From assembly GCF_009914755.1 (NCBI RefSeq), contig NC_060937.1: a stretch of 64,000 nt of DNA; one strand, written 5' to 3'. A program made the translations under genes and the position numbers. Below the pieces are notes generated by a model. It saw only the letters and a list, made by a program, of their open reading frames with translations, made no database searches and was not told where the DNA came from. The stretch is from the human T2T-CHM13v2.0 reference genome, Homo sapiens. Numbering within the stretch: position 1 is the first letter of the stretch; the number at the start of each line of letters is the position of its first letter. Below, one piece after another: positions 1 to 15,695 of the stretch.

Positions 1-315
1 AAGCGAGGGTACCACAGAAACAGAGGGATAGAAAAAGAGAGAGATTTGAGGATGCTATGCTGCTGTCTTTGAAGATGAAGAAAGGTGCCATGAGCCTAGG
101 AATGTAACAGCTGTAACTCTAGAAGCTGAAAAGTCAAGGAAATTGATTTTTCCTTACAGCCTTCCAAAGAAAATGCAGTCCTGCTAACACTTTGTTTTTG
201 GACACATCAAATCCATTTTAAACTTCTGACTTTCAGAACCGTTAGTCAATAGATTTCTGTTATTTTAAACCATTACATTTGTGGTAATTTGTTACAGCAG
301 CAATAGGAAACTAAT
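1..315 (+). mobile_element. MLT1C/D-like MaLR LTR, 3' part
   Basis: Typical MLT1 3' sequence ending gtggtaatttgttacagcagcaataggaaactaat; cut by the window start. Confidence 0.75.
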
Positions 316-405
316 GGAAATGCTGAATCATTTAACTATTCATGCTAGCTTTTTTTTTTTTTTTACCTCTATCTTTAACACTGCAGGACCAAATTGCTCC
401 CATAA

Positions 406-609
<204 letters not shown>

Positions 610-2104
610 TAGCAAGCATTTTACCCTAGACACAATTCTCAGTTTCATCTAAGTTTTCCTCCATCATTTATCACTTCTGCTGATTTTCAATCCTATCTGA
701 TAGTATTTTGTTGTATTGTGTTCATTATTGTTAGATCAGCTAAAGGCATCTAACAATTTCCTTTGTTATCTTTGATTTCCCATCTTATCATTTTAATCTC
801 AAGCATTTGGAATTTTGTAATGTATTTCCTAAAATATGATGGTTCATAGTAAATTTTGTAGTATCACACCATGGGGAGTTTTATCTCCAGGTGGCCTAAG
901 GCACTACCTGGTAGTAAGTTAAGGACTTAAGAAGATACTATAAGTCTTACACACTCTACAGTACTATTAATAATAGTGAAGCCATAGTGCACTAAATATA
1001 CTGTTATATATTCAGGACAAAACAAGCTTCTCAGCAGGTTTCAGGACCTATGTATTTTATTTTTCTTGCAAAATAGTAATGAAGGAAATGATATGAAAGC
1101 AAACACCCACTGATCATGCACTTTATGTATATTATTATTTTGCTAAAGGAAAACATATTTTATGCCAAGGAGATCTGAAATCATTCATCATTCATAGATT
1201 TAAAAACACCTCTGCACTAAATTCCATCAATATGCAGAAGATTTTAATCTCTATTTTTAATTTAGCATTAAAGAATTGGAACTTAAATACTAAACGAAAC
1301 TACTTTCATGCCCAATTGGACATTTCACCATATTTTCTTCTAATATCTTTATTGTTTTGACTTTCATTTTTAGGTTTTTATACACTGTCAGTCACACTTT
1401 CATGTAGGGTGGAGATAAAATAATGACAGTTTTTCTAAAGAGATGCTTTATGAATGGAATCTGAATGAAAATGGAAACAGTCTAATATTAAACATCTTGA
1501 TATTATTAATTATGAACCATATTTCAGTCTATATTGATCTGTTAACATTTCTATTGTCTTCTCTGTGTGTACCTAGTTATTAGAATTCTCCTTCCCCATC
1601 TTTTGAAATGCCTTTGAGTACCCAAAGGTTTCCGAAAAAGTATTCAATTTTTCAAACTGCTTTCTTGAGACATAACAAAGGCACGCTAATTCAATTTCAC
1701 TGCAAAAACTATCACTCAGGTAAATAACCATTTCTCTTAAAAAATGAAGTGTTTATCTTCATTACTTCAAGTAAAAAATGAAGTGGATAATTTTACTAGG
1801 AAAATAACATGAAATTATTTTGAATGTTTCAGTCTACTATTATCCATTTGGTAAATTGTCTTTTAAAAACACAAATTGCCAATGTGCTCTCGGTCGATCT
1901 GTAATTTACTCTTGTTTTCTCACACTGAGACATCACAACAGAGAAATTAAGTAATTAAAATGAAGAGAAATTTAAGTTAAAATTAAAATGTAACTTCATG
2001 GTAGGTTAGAAAATTAAATAAATCTTTTGATGGAACTTTAGGAATACCTTTTATGTAGTAGAAATTAAAGTTTATGCTTCATAGACAAGATGAAAAGTGT
2101 ATAC

Positions 2105-2235
2105 TTCCCAGGGTGCAAGAATTTCTGTCTATGTTGTTTTCATTGCATTCTCAGCACCTGGACCATGATGGGCACATTATACGTGCTTGATACACCTGTT
2201 AACTAGCGAAATAAATAAATAAATACAATGATGAA
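2105..2235 (+). mobile_element. L2 3'-end fragment
   Basis: ttcattgcattctcagcacctggacc...ggcacat followed by (AAAT)n, resembling the L2 terminus. Confidence 0.5.
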
Positions 2236-2599
2236 TGGACATCTGGCTAAGTGGTTGGATTAATAGACTACACTTTTAACTCTGTAATTTTATTTATTTC
2301 CATATAATTTCTATGCAATTTTGAAAGAGAGGACAGTATGGAGCAGTCAGTGGATACTTGAGAACAGAATATATTAAAATACTAAGGATCTTAATAAAAG
2401 TAAATGGCATTGGCTCTTTGATCAGCAAATAATATGTTATTAATGTAAAAATAAATACATTGACAGTGAAAAATAGAAAACAACAGGAAATATTGTAGAA
2501 GAAAAATACATTGCTTTTTAAAAAAACTTATAAGACACTAATGGTGGCATGACTAGGTTTTGTTACTAACAAAACATTTTATTGTATCACTTACTATCT

Positions 2600-4500
2600 T
2601 GATAAATCTCAGTGATAAGCATACAAACATTTATTCTGTTTATATATACTAAAATGAACACAGATGTTAAATTTAAAAAAAAATAAAATTAACAATCACT
2701 AAAAATATAATAAAATGCTTAGCTGTACATTTAACCAAACCATGCAGGACTTTTGCATGAAAAATACACAACAGTAATGAAAAATATTAGAAAATATTTA
2801 ATCAATGGAGTGACATACGGCCTCACAGATTGAAAGATTTAACATAAAATAAAGATGGCAATTTCCCAAAGTTGTATGTGTGTTTAACACAATCACAATC
2901 AACATCCCAGCAAAATTTACATTAGATATTGATATGACTATTCAAAAATTTGTATAGTAAGACAAGGAAAGTAGACTAGCCTAAATAATTTTTAAAAATA
3001 AGGATAATGGGAAGGAGTCACAATACTCAATTTCAAGACTTATTATTCAGCTACAGACTAAGAATGTATGGTATAATTAGAGGAATAGACACATAGATCA
3101 ACGAAACATAGTAGAGATCCCATAAATAGACCCACGCAAATGTGCCCAACCAATTATGATAAATAAAAGCAATTTAGTGCGTAAAGATAGAGTTTTTAAT
3201 GAGTGGTGGCAGAGTAATTGGACATCCGCAGGACAAAATTATAACACAAAACAAAATTTTTAAAAACTTGACCTACATTTTATATATTTTACAAAAATTA
3301 ATTCAAAATTATCATGAACTTATACAACAAAGTAAAACTATGAAACCTTTAGAAAAAAGATGAAAACACTTTCAGGATTCAGAAATAGGCAAATATTGCT
3401 TAGAGTTTACACCAAAAACATGATCCTTAAAAGGATACATTGATAAATTGGGCTTCATCAAAATGAAAAACTTTCACTTTGTGAAAGACTCTGTTAAGAG
3501 AAGGAACTGACAAACAGCAGACTAGAAAAAATAAATATTTTCCTAATTCACATCCCACAAAGAACTGCTGTCTAAAATATATTTTAAAATTCTCAAATCT
3601 CAACACTAAAAAGTCAAATAATACAGTTAGAAAATAGGAAAAAAAACCATAATGAGACATTTCAATGAAGAAGATCTAAAGATGGCAAGTAAGCATATTA
3701 GATGTTCAACATTATTAGCCACTAGAGCAATACAAATTAAAACCTCAGAAGATAGCCCTACACCCATCAGAATGGATGAAGTAAAAAATATTGACAACAC
3801 CGAATGCTAACAAGGACACGCAGAAATGACATTACTCCTACCTTGCTAATGGTAATGTTAAATAGCAAAAATGCTCTGAAAATATTTTGGCAGTTTTTTA
3901 AAAAACTAAACATGCAAATACAGTACAAACCAGCATTATACTCCTTGGCATACATCCGAGAGAAATAAATGCATTTTTACACAAAGTCTACACATGAATG
4001 CATACAGCATCTTTATTATTAATAACCCACATCTGGAAACAACCTGGAGGCTCTTCAATAGGTCAATGGTTTAACAATATTTAGTACATTCATCCCATGG
4101 AAGAGTTCTCAGCAGTAATAAGGAAAATCACTGGGACAGATAACACATAACATTCCAGAGAATTATGCTAAGCAACAAACACCACTCATAAAAGGTTTTA
4201 TTCTAGAATTTCATTTATGTAATATCTTTGAAGTGGCAAAGTTGTTGAGGTAGAGAATAGATTAATAGATTACAAAATTTAGACAGGGGTTCAGGTTAGA
4301 GGAAAGTAGGTTGGTTATAAAAGATAACATGAGGGATTCTTATTGTGTTCTTTATTTCTATTGTATCAATGTCAATATCTTCGTCTTTTTGCAAGATGTT
4401 ACCATTGGGGGAGACTGGGTAAAGATCACAAGGGAACTTTCTGTATTATTTCTTGCTTCATGTGACTCTAAATATATCTCAAATAAAAACATTAATAAAA
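2600..4500 (+). mobile_element. Ancient L1M (L1MC/MD/ME-type) ORF2 3' half and 3' UTR
   Basis: Degenerate ORF2-like sequence (aatagacacatagatcaacg, gggcttcatcaaaatgaaaaac) and 3' end gttaccattgggggagactgggtaaag...ctcaaataaaa. Confidence 0.8.
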
Positions 4501-4913
4501 ATGAGGGGTTATACATCCATATAAAATATTAATAGACATGCATAGAGATCTGAGAAATTATCCAGTAAGCCAGAAATTAAAAACATGGGAAATATTAAGG
4601 ATGATTTGAGTAACATGACTATTAGGAGGAGGAGGTCCACACATATTCCTAATGAGGAAATATACAGAAAATATTTGCTGACCGTAATCAGCCACATAAA
4701 CTAGATCAACCCTTTTACTAAAAATAATGAGGAAGTTTGTACTTTTTTAAAAAAAGTAGAAAACACAACTTATTTAACAAGATAATAAGTAATTTCTTAG
4801 TTAGAAGGAGAAGGAAGTTTAGAAAGTAGAGCCCATATTTGTGGCTTATTTCCTCTGTGGTCGTTTGCCTGTCAAAGATACATGGCAGAGAGTTTGAGAA
4901 ACTAGGAGTACAC

Positions 4914-7403
<2,490 letters not shown>

Positions 7404-7573
7404 TAGACTTGCACTCCTGGGATGAAATTTAGGACCCCTGGGCCTGTCAAAGAAAGTGTGCTGGAAAATGCCTCTGATAGTGGACTCATAATAAGGACTT
7501 ATATTAGGAATAAGAATAAAGCAAAAATGGAGCAGTTATCACAGCATAAATTTGCTGAAAAATAAGTGAAAGG

Positions 7574-7862
7574 GGTTGGGCGCAGTGGCTTATGCCTCCA
7601 ATCCCAGCACTTTGGGAGGCTGAGGCGGGCAAATCACCTGAAGTCAGGAGTTCAAGACCAGCCTTGCTAACATAGTGAAACCCCATCTCTACTAAAAATA
7701 CAAAAATTAGCTGGGTGTGTTGGTGGGCACCTGTAATCCCATCTACTTGGGAAGCTGAGGCAGGAGAATCACTTCATCCCTGGAGGCAGAGGTTGCAGTG
7801 AGCTGAGATCATGCCGCTGCACTCCAGCCTGGGAGACAGAGGGAGACTCCGTCTCAAAACAA
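7574..7862 (+). mobile_element. AluS (Sx/Sz-like), full length
   Basis: Dimeric Alu; TSD aagtgaaagg at 7564-7573 and 7863-7872. Confidence 0.95.
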
Positions 7863-7874
7863 AAGTGAAAGGAG

Positions 7875-9800
7875 TCCTTGTCCGGCAATCATGAAGTAAT
7901 ATGTACAAGACTAGCCCTCTAGCAAAACAAACAAACAAAATACAAACTAGAAAAGTAGAAAAAAATATTTAATTCAACTGTAGTCAGACATTTAAAAAGA
8001 ATGTATTGTGTTCCCTAAGAGATAGGAAACAAAAGTTGAAACACAAATTCTCCTTGAATTTCCGCCTGGAGACACTTTCCAGACGTAATACAGCAACAGA
8101 AAAACAAAGAAGATTGTGATAGTCTTATTGGTCTGACACAACATGTCACGGACTTTGGGAATGTTGATGTTTCTGGAACAGTCGGGGGAGAATAAACGAG
8201 AGGTTGGAAATTTTTTAAAAAAAGTTTCAGACTTCATATAGAGATAAAGATTTTCGTACCCAGGGTAAGGCTCCATACATCTGATCAAGATATAACTACA
8301 AAAGAAAAGCAACTAGCCAGCAATTGTAACCTTAGCAACTAATAGATCTTACTCAGGTTAGTGAGAAATTGAAAATCTATCAGCCAGAGTGGATCAACCT
8401 TGTTGAATACTCAAAGTGTCAGAAAAGCTTTTACTTAGATGTAGGGCTTAATGCACTGGCGAATATAAGCTACTCTAGACCCATTAGAGAAATCCTAGAG
8501 AAAATGATAACAGGTGGAAACTTGAAGTACATAAATTAAAAGACTCAGAAGTGGTAAAGACATAGATTCTGTAAATGACAATTCACTGCTTAAAATAAAA
8601 TAATAATTGTATAAGCCTCACAATAATAAGCCACAACAGTGAAAGTGAGAAAATGAAAACTACATTGCTGTAAGACTCTTAAATTTTAAAAATAAAAAGA
8701 AGAAATTATGCTCCTGTCATAGTGACAAAGTAGAAAATTTCAGTGTATGTGGAATAATATTATTGTCCAAGACTACTATGAATTCTAAAATTCTCTACAT
8801 TATATATAATTGTCCGCTTTGGAGAGCTATTGCTTAAAATAATCAAATGCCAAAGATAAAGAAGGAAGTCCAGGGAAGCAGGAAAAAAATCCAGATAAAA
8901 ATCCAAAGCTATAAAAAGAATATATAACATTAATGTCTTCGAATTTTTAAGAGGCAAATTGAGTTAAAGTTATTAACGTACCCTGTTGTTTTTCAAAGAG
9001 GTAAAATAACTAATTACATTAGATTTTTGTACTTTAATAATTCATGTTGTAATTTCTGGAATAACTGATAGGTATGATTCATGTGTGAATATGACATTCA
9101 AATAGAAAAAAAGGGATATTAAAAATACTAAGTTAATAAAAGTATAAATGAAAAAGGAGGTAACATCATAGAAAAGTAAGGTAAAAAAACAAATCGTAAA
9201 ATAGTAAGTTTTAACAAACATATTTTTAACAATTGTTAAATGAAAACCGACAAAAAATGAAGTTCAAAAGAAAAGTTTAATCTTGATAATTCAATAATGA
9301 CTATACTGCAACAATTAAAGGGACTTGCATTAACACATTTGACACTTTAACAACACAAGTGTTAGTGACTTTCATCCCCCACCATGCCCCGTGCCTTTGA
9401 AAATTTGTATATAACTTTTGACTCCTACAAAACTTTACTACTAATAACCTTAACTACTAATATTTGACAGGATTCCTTACTGATAACATAAACAGGTGAT
9501 AAACACATACATAGACTAGGATCTATATATATTTATTGCATTTGTGACATACCTAACTTTTCTTAATTTTTATGGTATTATGGTATTTCTTGGCTATGTG
9601 ATTCATCTGCAAGTTTTCTATAATTGTAACAAATCTTCAAATAATTTGGCAATATATTTCTTGGAAAAAATCTACATGTAAGGGGACCCATATTATTCAA
9701 ATCCATGTTGTCCATGAGTAAACTGTACAGTAATTTGGAAAGTCAAAGGTTGAAAATATATATACCATACAAAGTCTAAGCATATTTCTAGGGCCAAATA
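7875..9800 (+). mobile_element. Degenerate ancient L1M 5'/inter-ORF/ORF2-start fragments, interrupted by Tigger2a
   Basis: A-rich strand bias; gaaagtcaaaggttgaaaatatatataccatacaaa resembles L1 endonuclease-coding sequence. Confidence 0.4.
9336..9725. mobile_element. Tigger2a/MER28-like non-autonomous DNA transposon
   Basis: Degenerate TIRs catttgacactttaacaacac / catgttgtccatgagtaaactg followed by TA; internal tataacttttgactcc...ccttactgataacataaacag. Confidence 0.75.
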
Positions 9801-10275
9801 TATTTTATAACAAAAAAGATATCCTTCCAAAAAATAGACTTGAAATTTGTCTGAAATATGTTGAAGAAAAATAAACAAATGAAGGCAAATTTTTAAGCAC
9901 TTGGCTCTGCATTTTAAAATTTCCACATTTCCTTCAATATTTCTTGAATATTCCTTATTTAAAAAGATTATCTTATATATGTTCTATGTGAAAACTATTT
10001 CATCAACTTGCATATTAAATTGTAGTAAAGCATAAAGGTTAATGTTAAATAAATATGAATGTTCTTTTTTTCTGACCAAAACTCAATTACTAGTCTTGTC
10101 GGGCTCTCCAGGTACACATTAACTGCTTCGAGGACCATGTTGTTAGGCACAATGGAGATTTTTGTAAGTTTTTGTTGTTGTTGTTGCAGTTGTTTTGGTC
10201 AGGAGTAGAACACTTAGACTTAATAACAAATAATTAGTAAATAAATTATTGAAAATACTTAAAAAGCATATTTTC

Positions 10276-10569
10276 AGCCAGGTGCGGTGGCTCACGCCTG
10301 TAATTCCAGCACTTTCGGAGGCTGAGGTGAGCAGATTGGGAGGTCAAGAGTTCTAGACCAGCCGGAACAACATAGTGAAACCCTGTCTGTACTAAAAATA
10401 CAAAAAGTTAGCCAGGCGTGGTGGTGGGCACCTGTAATCCTAGCAACTCAGGAGGCTGAGGCAGGAGAATCACTTGAACCTGTGAGGCGGAGTTTCCAGT
10501 GGGTCAAGGTCGTGCCACTGCACTCCAGCCCAGCCTACAGTGCAAGACTCCATCTCTAAATAAATAAAT
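10276..10569 (+). mobile_element. AluS (Sg-like), full length with (TAAA)n tail
   Basis: Dimeric Alu; degenerate TSD aaagcatattttc / aaagtatgttttc. Confidence 0.95.
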
Positions 10570-11666
10570 AAAGTATGTTTTCGGACATAAATATCAATAA
10601 AAATGACAGTTATTCATTTTTAGTAGTAATTCCTTAGCCCCATGTCTCCAGCAAATTATTTTAAAAATATAATGAAAAAGCAAGAATTGGTGACACAATC
10701 AAGTGTCACAATTTATACTTCAGGAGATGTGATTACTTAAGGAAGAGAGGAAAGATAGTTTATTCACGTTTTAATTTTACTAATAAGATTATCAGATCAT
10801 TATATGGGTAAGGAATTAAACACAAAGCAATGTGTAAGCTATAGTACAATAAAATTCTGCCCAAATGCATATGAATGTACTTTATTAAACATCATCTAAC
10901 GTAAGATAGGTGATTAAGAGTGATTAAAAGTAAGTTTCTGTCTTCCTTTGCTGAAAATGAATCCATTAAACAGGTAAATTAGTAAGAAACTAATTTTATA
11001 TACAATTATTTTCTCTTTAAGCACGTGTGAGAAACAGAAGGTAAGAATATGATGACAAAATATTTGGATATTACTTGGAATAGAAAATAATGAGTAATGA
11101 AAGAGAAAATAAATTTTATTTCTTCACCTCAAGCCTTCAGATTAAAATACGCATTTTTGTGTTGTTCACTCTTGTGTATCTTTTCTGAGTAGTAGATATC
11201 ACATGATGTCAATGATTACTAAAATATTCAAGCATCAATTATGTGTTTCAGTGTTTTATGTTTTTTTCTTTGCTTGTCTTTCTAAATTGCTTTAAAATAT
11301 ATAATCATGATGTGTATAATATGACTTTATAAATATATGAAATTTTTTATGATATGCATTCCTTAATTTTCTATTTTTAATATATATTCTCTTGCATCGT
11401 TTACTTTTACACTTTTAACTATATTGCCCTATTACTGTAGTTTGTACATTTTTAATTCACTTATATCTTGAAGAGTTTAGGCTACAGGTTTTCCTGAATG
11501 CAACAATTTTCAAATTATTCCATTTGAGATTATGCAAATTTCTAACTGCTAAATTTCTGGCTCCACTATAATTACAATATTAGTATTTTTACTGAATTAG
11601 ATTAAACATTCAGAATCCCAGGATAATAGGAGTAGATTAAATGCATATGATTTTGAATTTAATTAA

Positions 11667-11780
11667 TTTCCCCATCTAGTTCTGGTGGTCGCTAGTGTTC
11701 TGTGGTTTGTGGCAGCACAGCTCCAGTCTCTGCCTCCATCTTCACTTGGTCTTGCTGTAAGTCTCATTATATACTTATCT
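11667..11780 (+). repeat. Local direct duplicate of 12665-12784 (internal piece of the neighbouring MLT1 LTR)
   Basis: Manual alignment: 6 mismatches and one 7-nt gap over ~114 nt. Confidence 0.95.
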
Positions 11781-12506
11781 GATACATTCTATACTCAGCT
11801 GATACTCCTTATTGATATATTCGTTTTTAATTAAATTTAAAACTGCTTACTTTAGCATGGTTGAAAATATCCAATATCCAGTAAAACGTATTCATCTTAG
11901 AAACTTTTTATAAAGATTTCATAGAACATATCAGTTTTAAAGGAACTGTGTATTTATTTTTAGTCATTACATTAGAGAATACCAGTATATTATATGCCTC
12001 TCATTGTTGAAATTACTAATCCTTAACAAATAAAACTGTTCGTACAACTTGACAGGTAGCCTTTTCTACCTATACCTCTATTGCCCACAGATGGAAGAAC
12101 ACTCTCCTATTCTTAAATATGAAAAGCTCATTCGTAATAACCTAATGAAGTTTCATGTTTTGATTCTTCAAGGAGTATTTGAATCTCCTGTCATTACTGC
12201 TCTAATTTATAACCTCTCTCATTCACAGCTCCATCTCGTCCTTCTCTAATTAACAAACACATCTAGTTTCTTTCATTTTACTCATCATATTGCACAGCAA
12301 TTATTTTTGTCTTTCTCTTTTACTATATTATAATTCCTTTATCAGCAGAAACATTATTTGATTGCATATTAGTGCAACTTATCTTTCAAATATGTAACAG
12401 CACTTATGACATAGCTGATGGTTAAATATTTGTTTAATAAGGCATATAAGGCATTTTGCAGAACTCAATCTCCAACATATTGTGTTTCATTCTTCTGCTC
12501 ACATTT

Positions 12507-12952
12507 TGTATCTGTTTCCTAGCACCGCCATATTAAGGTACCATAAGGTAGATGCCTTAAAACAACAGAAATTTGTTCTCTCACAGTTCTGGAGATCAGA
12601 AGTCTGAAATAAAGGTGTTAGTAGGGCCATAGTACCTTCTAAGACTCTAGGGGAGAATCCTTTTTTTCCCCATCTACTTCTGGTGGTCACTAGTGTTCTG
12701 TGGTTTGTGGCAGCACAGCTCCAATCTCTGCCTCCATCTTCACTTGGTCTTGCTTTCTCTTTAAGTCTCATTATATACTCGTCTATTCTTACAAGGATAC
12801 GGTCACTGGGTTTAGAATCAAACCCAAATCCAGGATGATTTCATCATGAGGCCTTTAACTAATTACCTCTGCAAAGACCCTATGTTCCAATAAGGTCGCA
12901 TTCTGAAGTTTCAGAACATGAATTTTGAAGAGACACTATTCAGCCTACTACA
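12507..12952 (-). mobile_element. MLT1C-like solo LTR
   Basis: tgtatctgtttcctag...ccttaaaacaacagaaatttgttctctcacagttctggag...actattcagcctactaca. Confidence 0.85.
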
Positions 12953-13157
12953 ATGTTTTACATTGATACGAATTTAGTTACTATGTAAAAATATTACCTG
13001 ATCATTAAAAAGACAGAATTTTATTTGGTTTAATACATTCTTTATATCATAATAAAACTAAAAATCTCAAAGGATGAAATACAAAAGATGATAGTACAAT
13101 GGATCATCTATTTTCTCTCAAGTTTAAGTTGTCAGATATCCTGGATCATTAAAATTA

Positions 13158-13455
<298 letters not shown>

Positions 13456-13535
13456 TATACAAAGGTATAAAGGTTTTGCAAAATTTTTCTTTTAGATCTT
13501 GTAAGTAAACAGAAAAGAAAGTATGTACAGGATAT

Positions 13536-15559
13536 TGGATATACCTTAGAGGTATTTTGAGTTTGTCCCCAGACCACCTCAATATTGCAATAAAGCAAAT
13601 CACATAAAATTTTTGGTTTCCCAGTGCACGTAAAAGGGATGTTTACACTATTCTGTGATCTATTCACTGCACAATAGCATTATGTTTTGTCTAAACAAAA
13701 TGATGTATATATCTTGATTAAAAATACTTTATTGCTAAAAGATGCTAAAAATCATCTGAGCCTTTAGTAAGTAATAATCTTTTTGTTGATGCTGATGGCT
13801 GCTGACTGACCAGGGTGGTGGTGGCTGAAGGTTGAAATGGCTGTGACAATTTCTTAAAACAAGATGATAATGAAGTTTGCCTCCTTACTTGGTTATTTCT
13901 TTCACTAAAGAATTATCTGTAGCATGTGATGCTTTTACCACAGCATTTTACTTGCAATAGAACTTTCAAAATTGGAGCCAATCCTCCCAGACTCTGCTAC
14001 TGATTTATTAACTAAGTTTATGTAATTTTATTTGTTGTCATTTCAACAATGTTCACAGCATTTTTACTGGAAGATTTCATCTCAAGAAACATTTTCTTTC
14101 CTCATCCATAAGAAGCAACTCCCCATTCTACTCAAGTTTGATCATGAGATTGCAGCAATTCAGTCACATCTTCGGGATCCATTTCTAACTCTAGTTCTCT
14201 TGCTATTTCCACCCCATCTGCAGTTACTTCCTCCACTGAAATCTTGAACTTCTCGAAGTCATCAATGAGGGTTTTAATCATCTTCTTCCAAACCCCTGTT
14301 AATGTTGATATTTTGACCTTCTCCAATGTATCATGAATGTTCTTAATGGCACCTAGAATGGTGAATCCTTTTCAGAAGGTTTTCAATTTACTTTTCTCAT
14401 ATCAACCAGGGGAATCACTATCTATGCCAGCTATAACCTTAAGGTATTTATTTATCAAATAAGACTTGAAAGTTAAAATTACTCCCTGATTCATAGGATG
14501 CAGAATGCATATGGTGTTAGCAGGTATGAAAACAATATTAACCTCCATGCACATCTACAACAGAGCTCTTGGGTGAACAGATTCATTGTCAATGAGCAGT
14601 CATATTTTGGAATTAATATTTTTTTCTGTGCATTAGGTCTCAACATCGGGCTTAAAATATTTAGTAAACCAAGCTGAAAACAGATGTGCTTTAATTCAGG
14701 CTTTGTTTCATTTCTAGAGCACAGGCAGATTAGATTTGGCATAATTCTTAAGGGCCCTAGGATTTTCAGAATGGTAAATGACTACTGGCTTCAACTTCAG
14801 ATCACCAGCTGCATTAGCCCCTAACAAGAGAATCAGCCTGTTCTTTAAAGATTTGAAGCCAGGCATTGCCTTCTTTCCAGCTGTGGAAGTTCTAGATGGC
14901 ACCTATTTCCAATAGAAGGCTGTTTTATCTATACTTAAGTATAGCCATATTTATCAATTGTCTTATTTAGAGCTTCTGAATAACTTGCTGCAGCTTTTCC
15001 ATCTGCAGTTGCTGCCTCACTTTGCACTTTGAAGTTATAGAGGCAGCTTCTTTACTTAAACCTCATGAATCAATCTCTGTTAGTTTCCAACTTTTCTTCT
15101 GCAGCTTCACCAGCTTTCCCAGCTTTCATAGAATTAAAGAGTTACCATTCTGCTCTTCATTAGGCTTTGGCTTAAGGGAATGTTATCCCTGGTTTGATCT
15201 ATCCAGAGTACCAAACTTTCTTCATGTCACCAATAAGGCTGTTTTGCTTTCTTGCAATGCATACGTGGAATAACACTTTTAATTTCATTTTATAACTTAT
15301 TTACATTCAGAGCTTGGTTATCTGATGCAAGAATCCTAGCTTTTGGCCCATCTCATGCCTTCCTCATTAAGCTCAATCATTTCTAGCTTTTGATTTAATG
15401 GGAGAGACAGACTGATCTTCCTGTTACTTGAACACTTAGAGGTCATCATAGGGTTATCAATTGGCCTAAGTTCAATATTGTCTCTTAGGGAATAAGGTGG
15501 CTTGAGCAGAGGGAGGGAGAAAAGGAATGGCCTATCAGTGGGACAGTAAGAATGCACAC
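13536..15559 (-). mobile_element. Tigger1 DNA transposon, decayed transposase, 5' end missing
   Basis: 3' TIR-like ggatataccttagaggtatt; minus-strand peptides [60 protein letters not shown] (Tigger1/TIGD1-like). Confidence 0.93.
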
Positions 15560-15560
15560 T

Positions 15561-15695
15561 ATGTTCCCCTTCCTGTGTCCAAGTGTTCTCATTGTTCAAT
15601 TCCCACCTATGAGTGAGAACACTCAGTGTTTGGTTTTTTGTCCTTGCGATGGTTTGCTGAGAATGATGGTTTCCAGCTTCACACCAGGGCCTGTC
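15561..15695. mobile_element. Short L1PA 3'-UTR remnant with inversion (15561-15681 antisense, 15680-15695 sense), no poly(A)
   Basis: Similar to L1 sequence at ~5098-5217; cacaccagggcctgtc is the exact reverse complement of 5079-5094. Confidence 0.85.

Noticed and set aside
14132-14902. TIGD1-like peptides
   Set aside because: Frameshifted Tigger1 transposase fossil, not a domesticated gene
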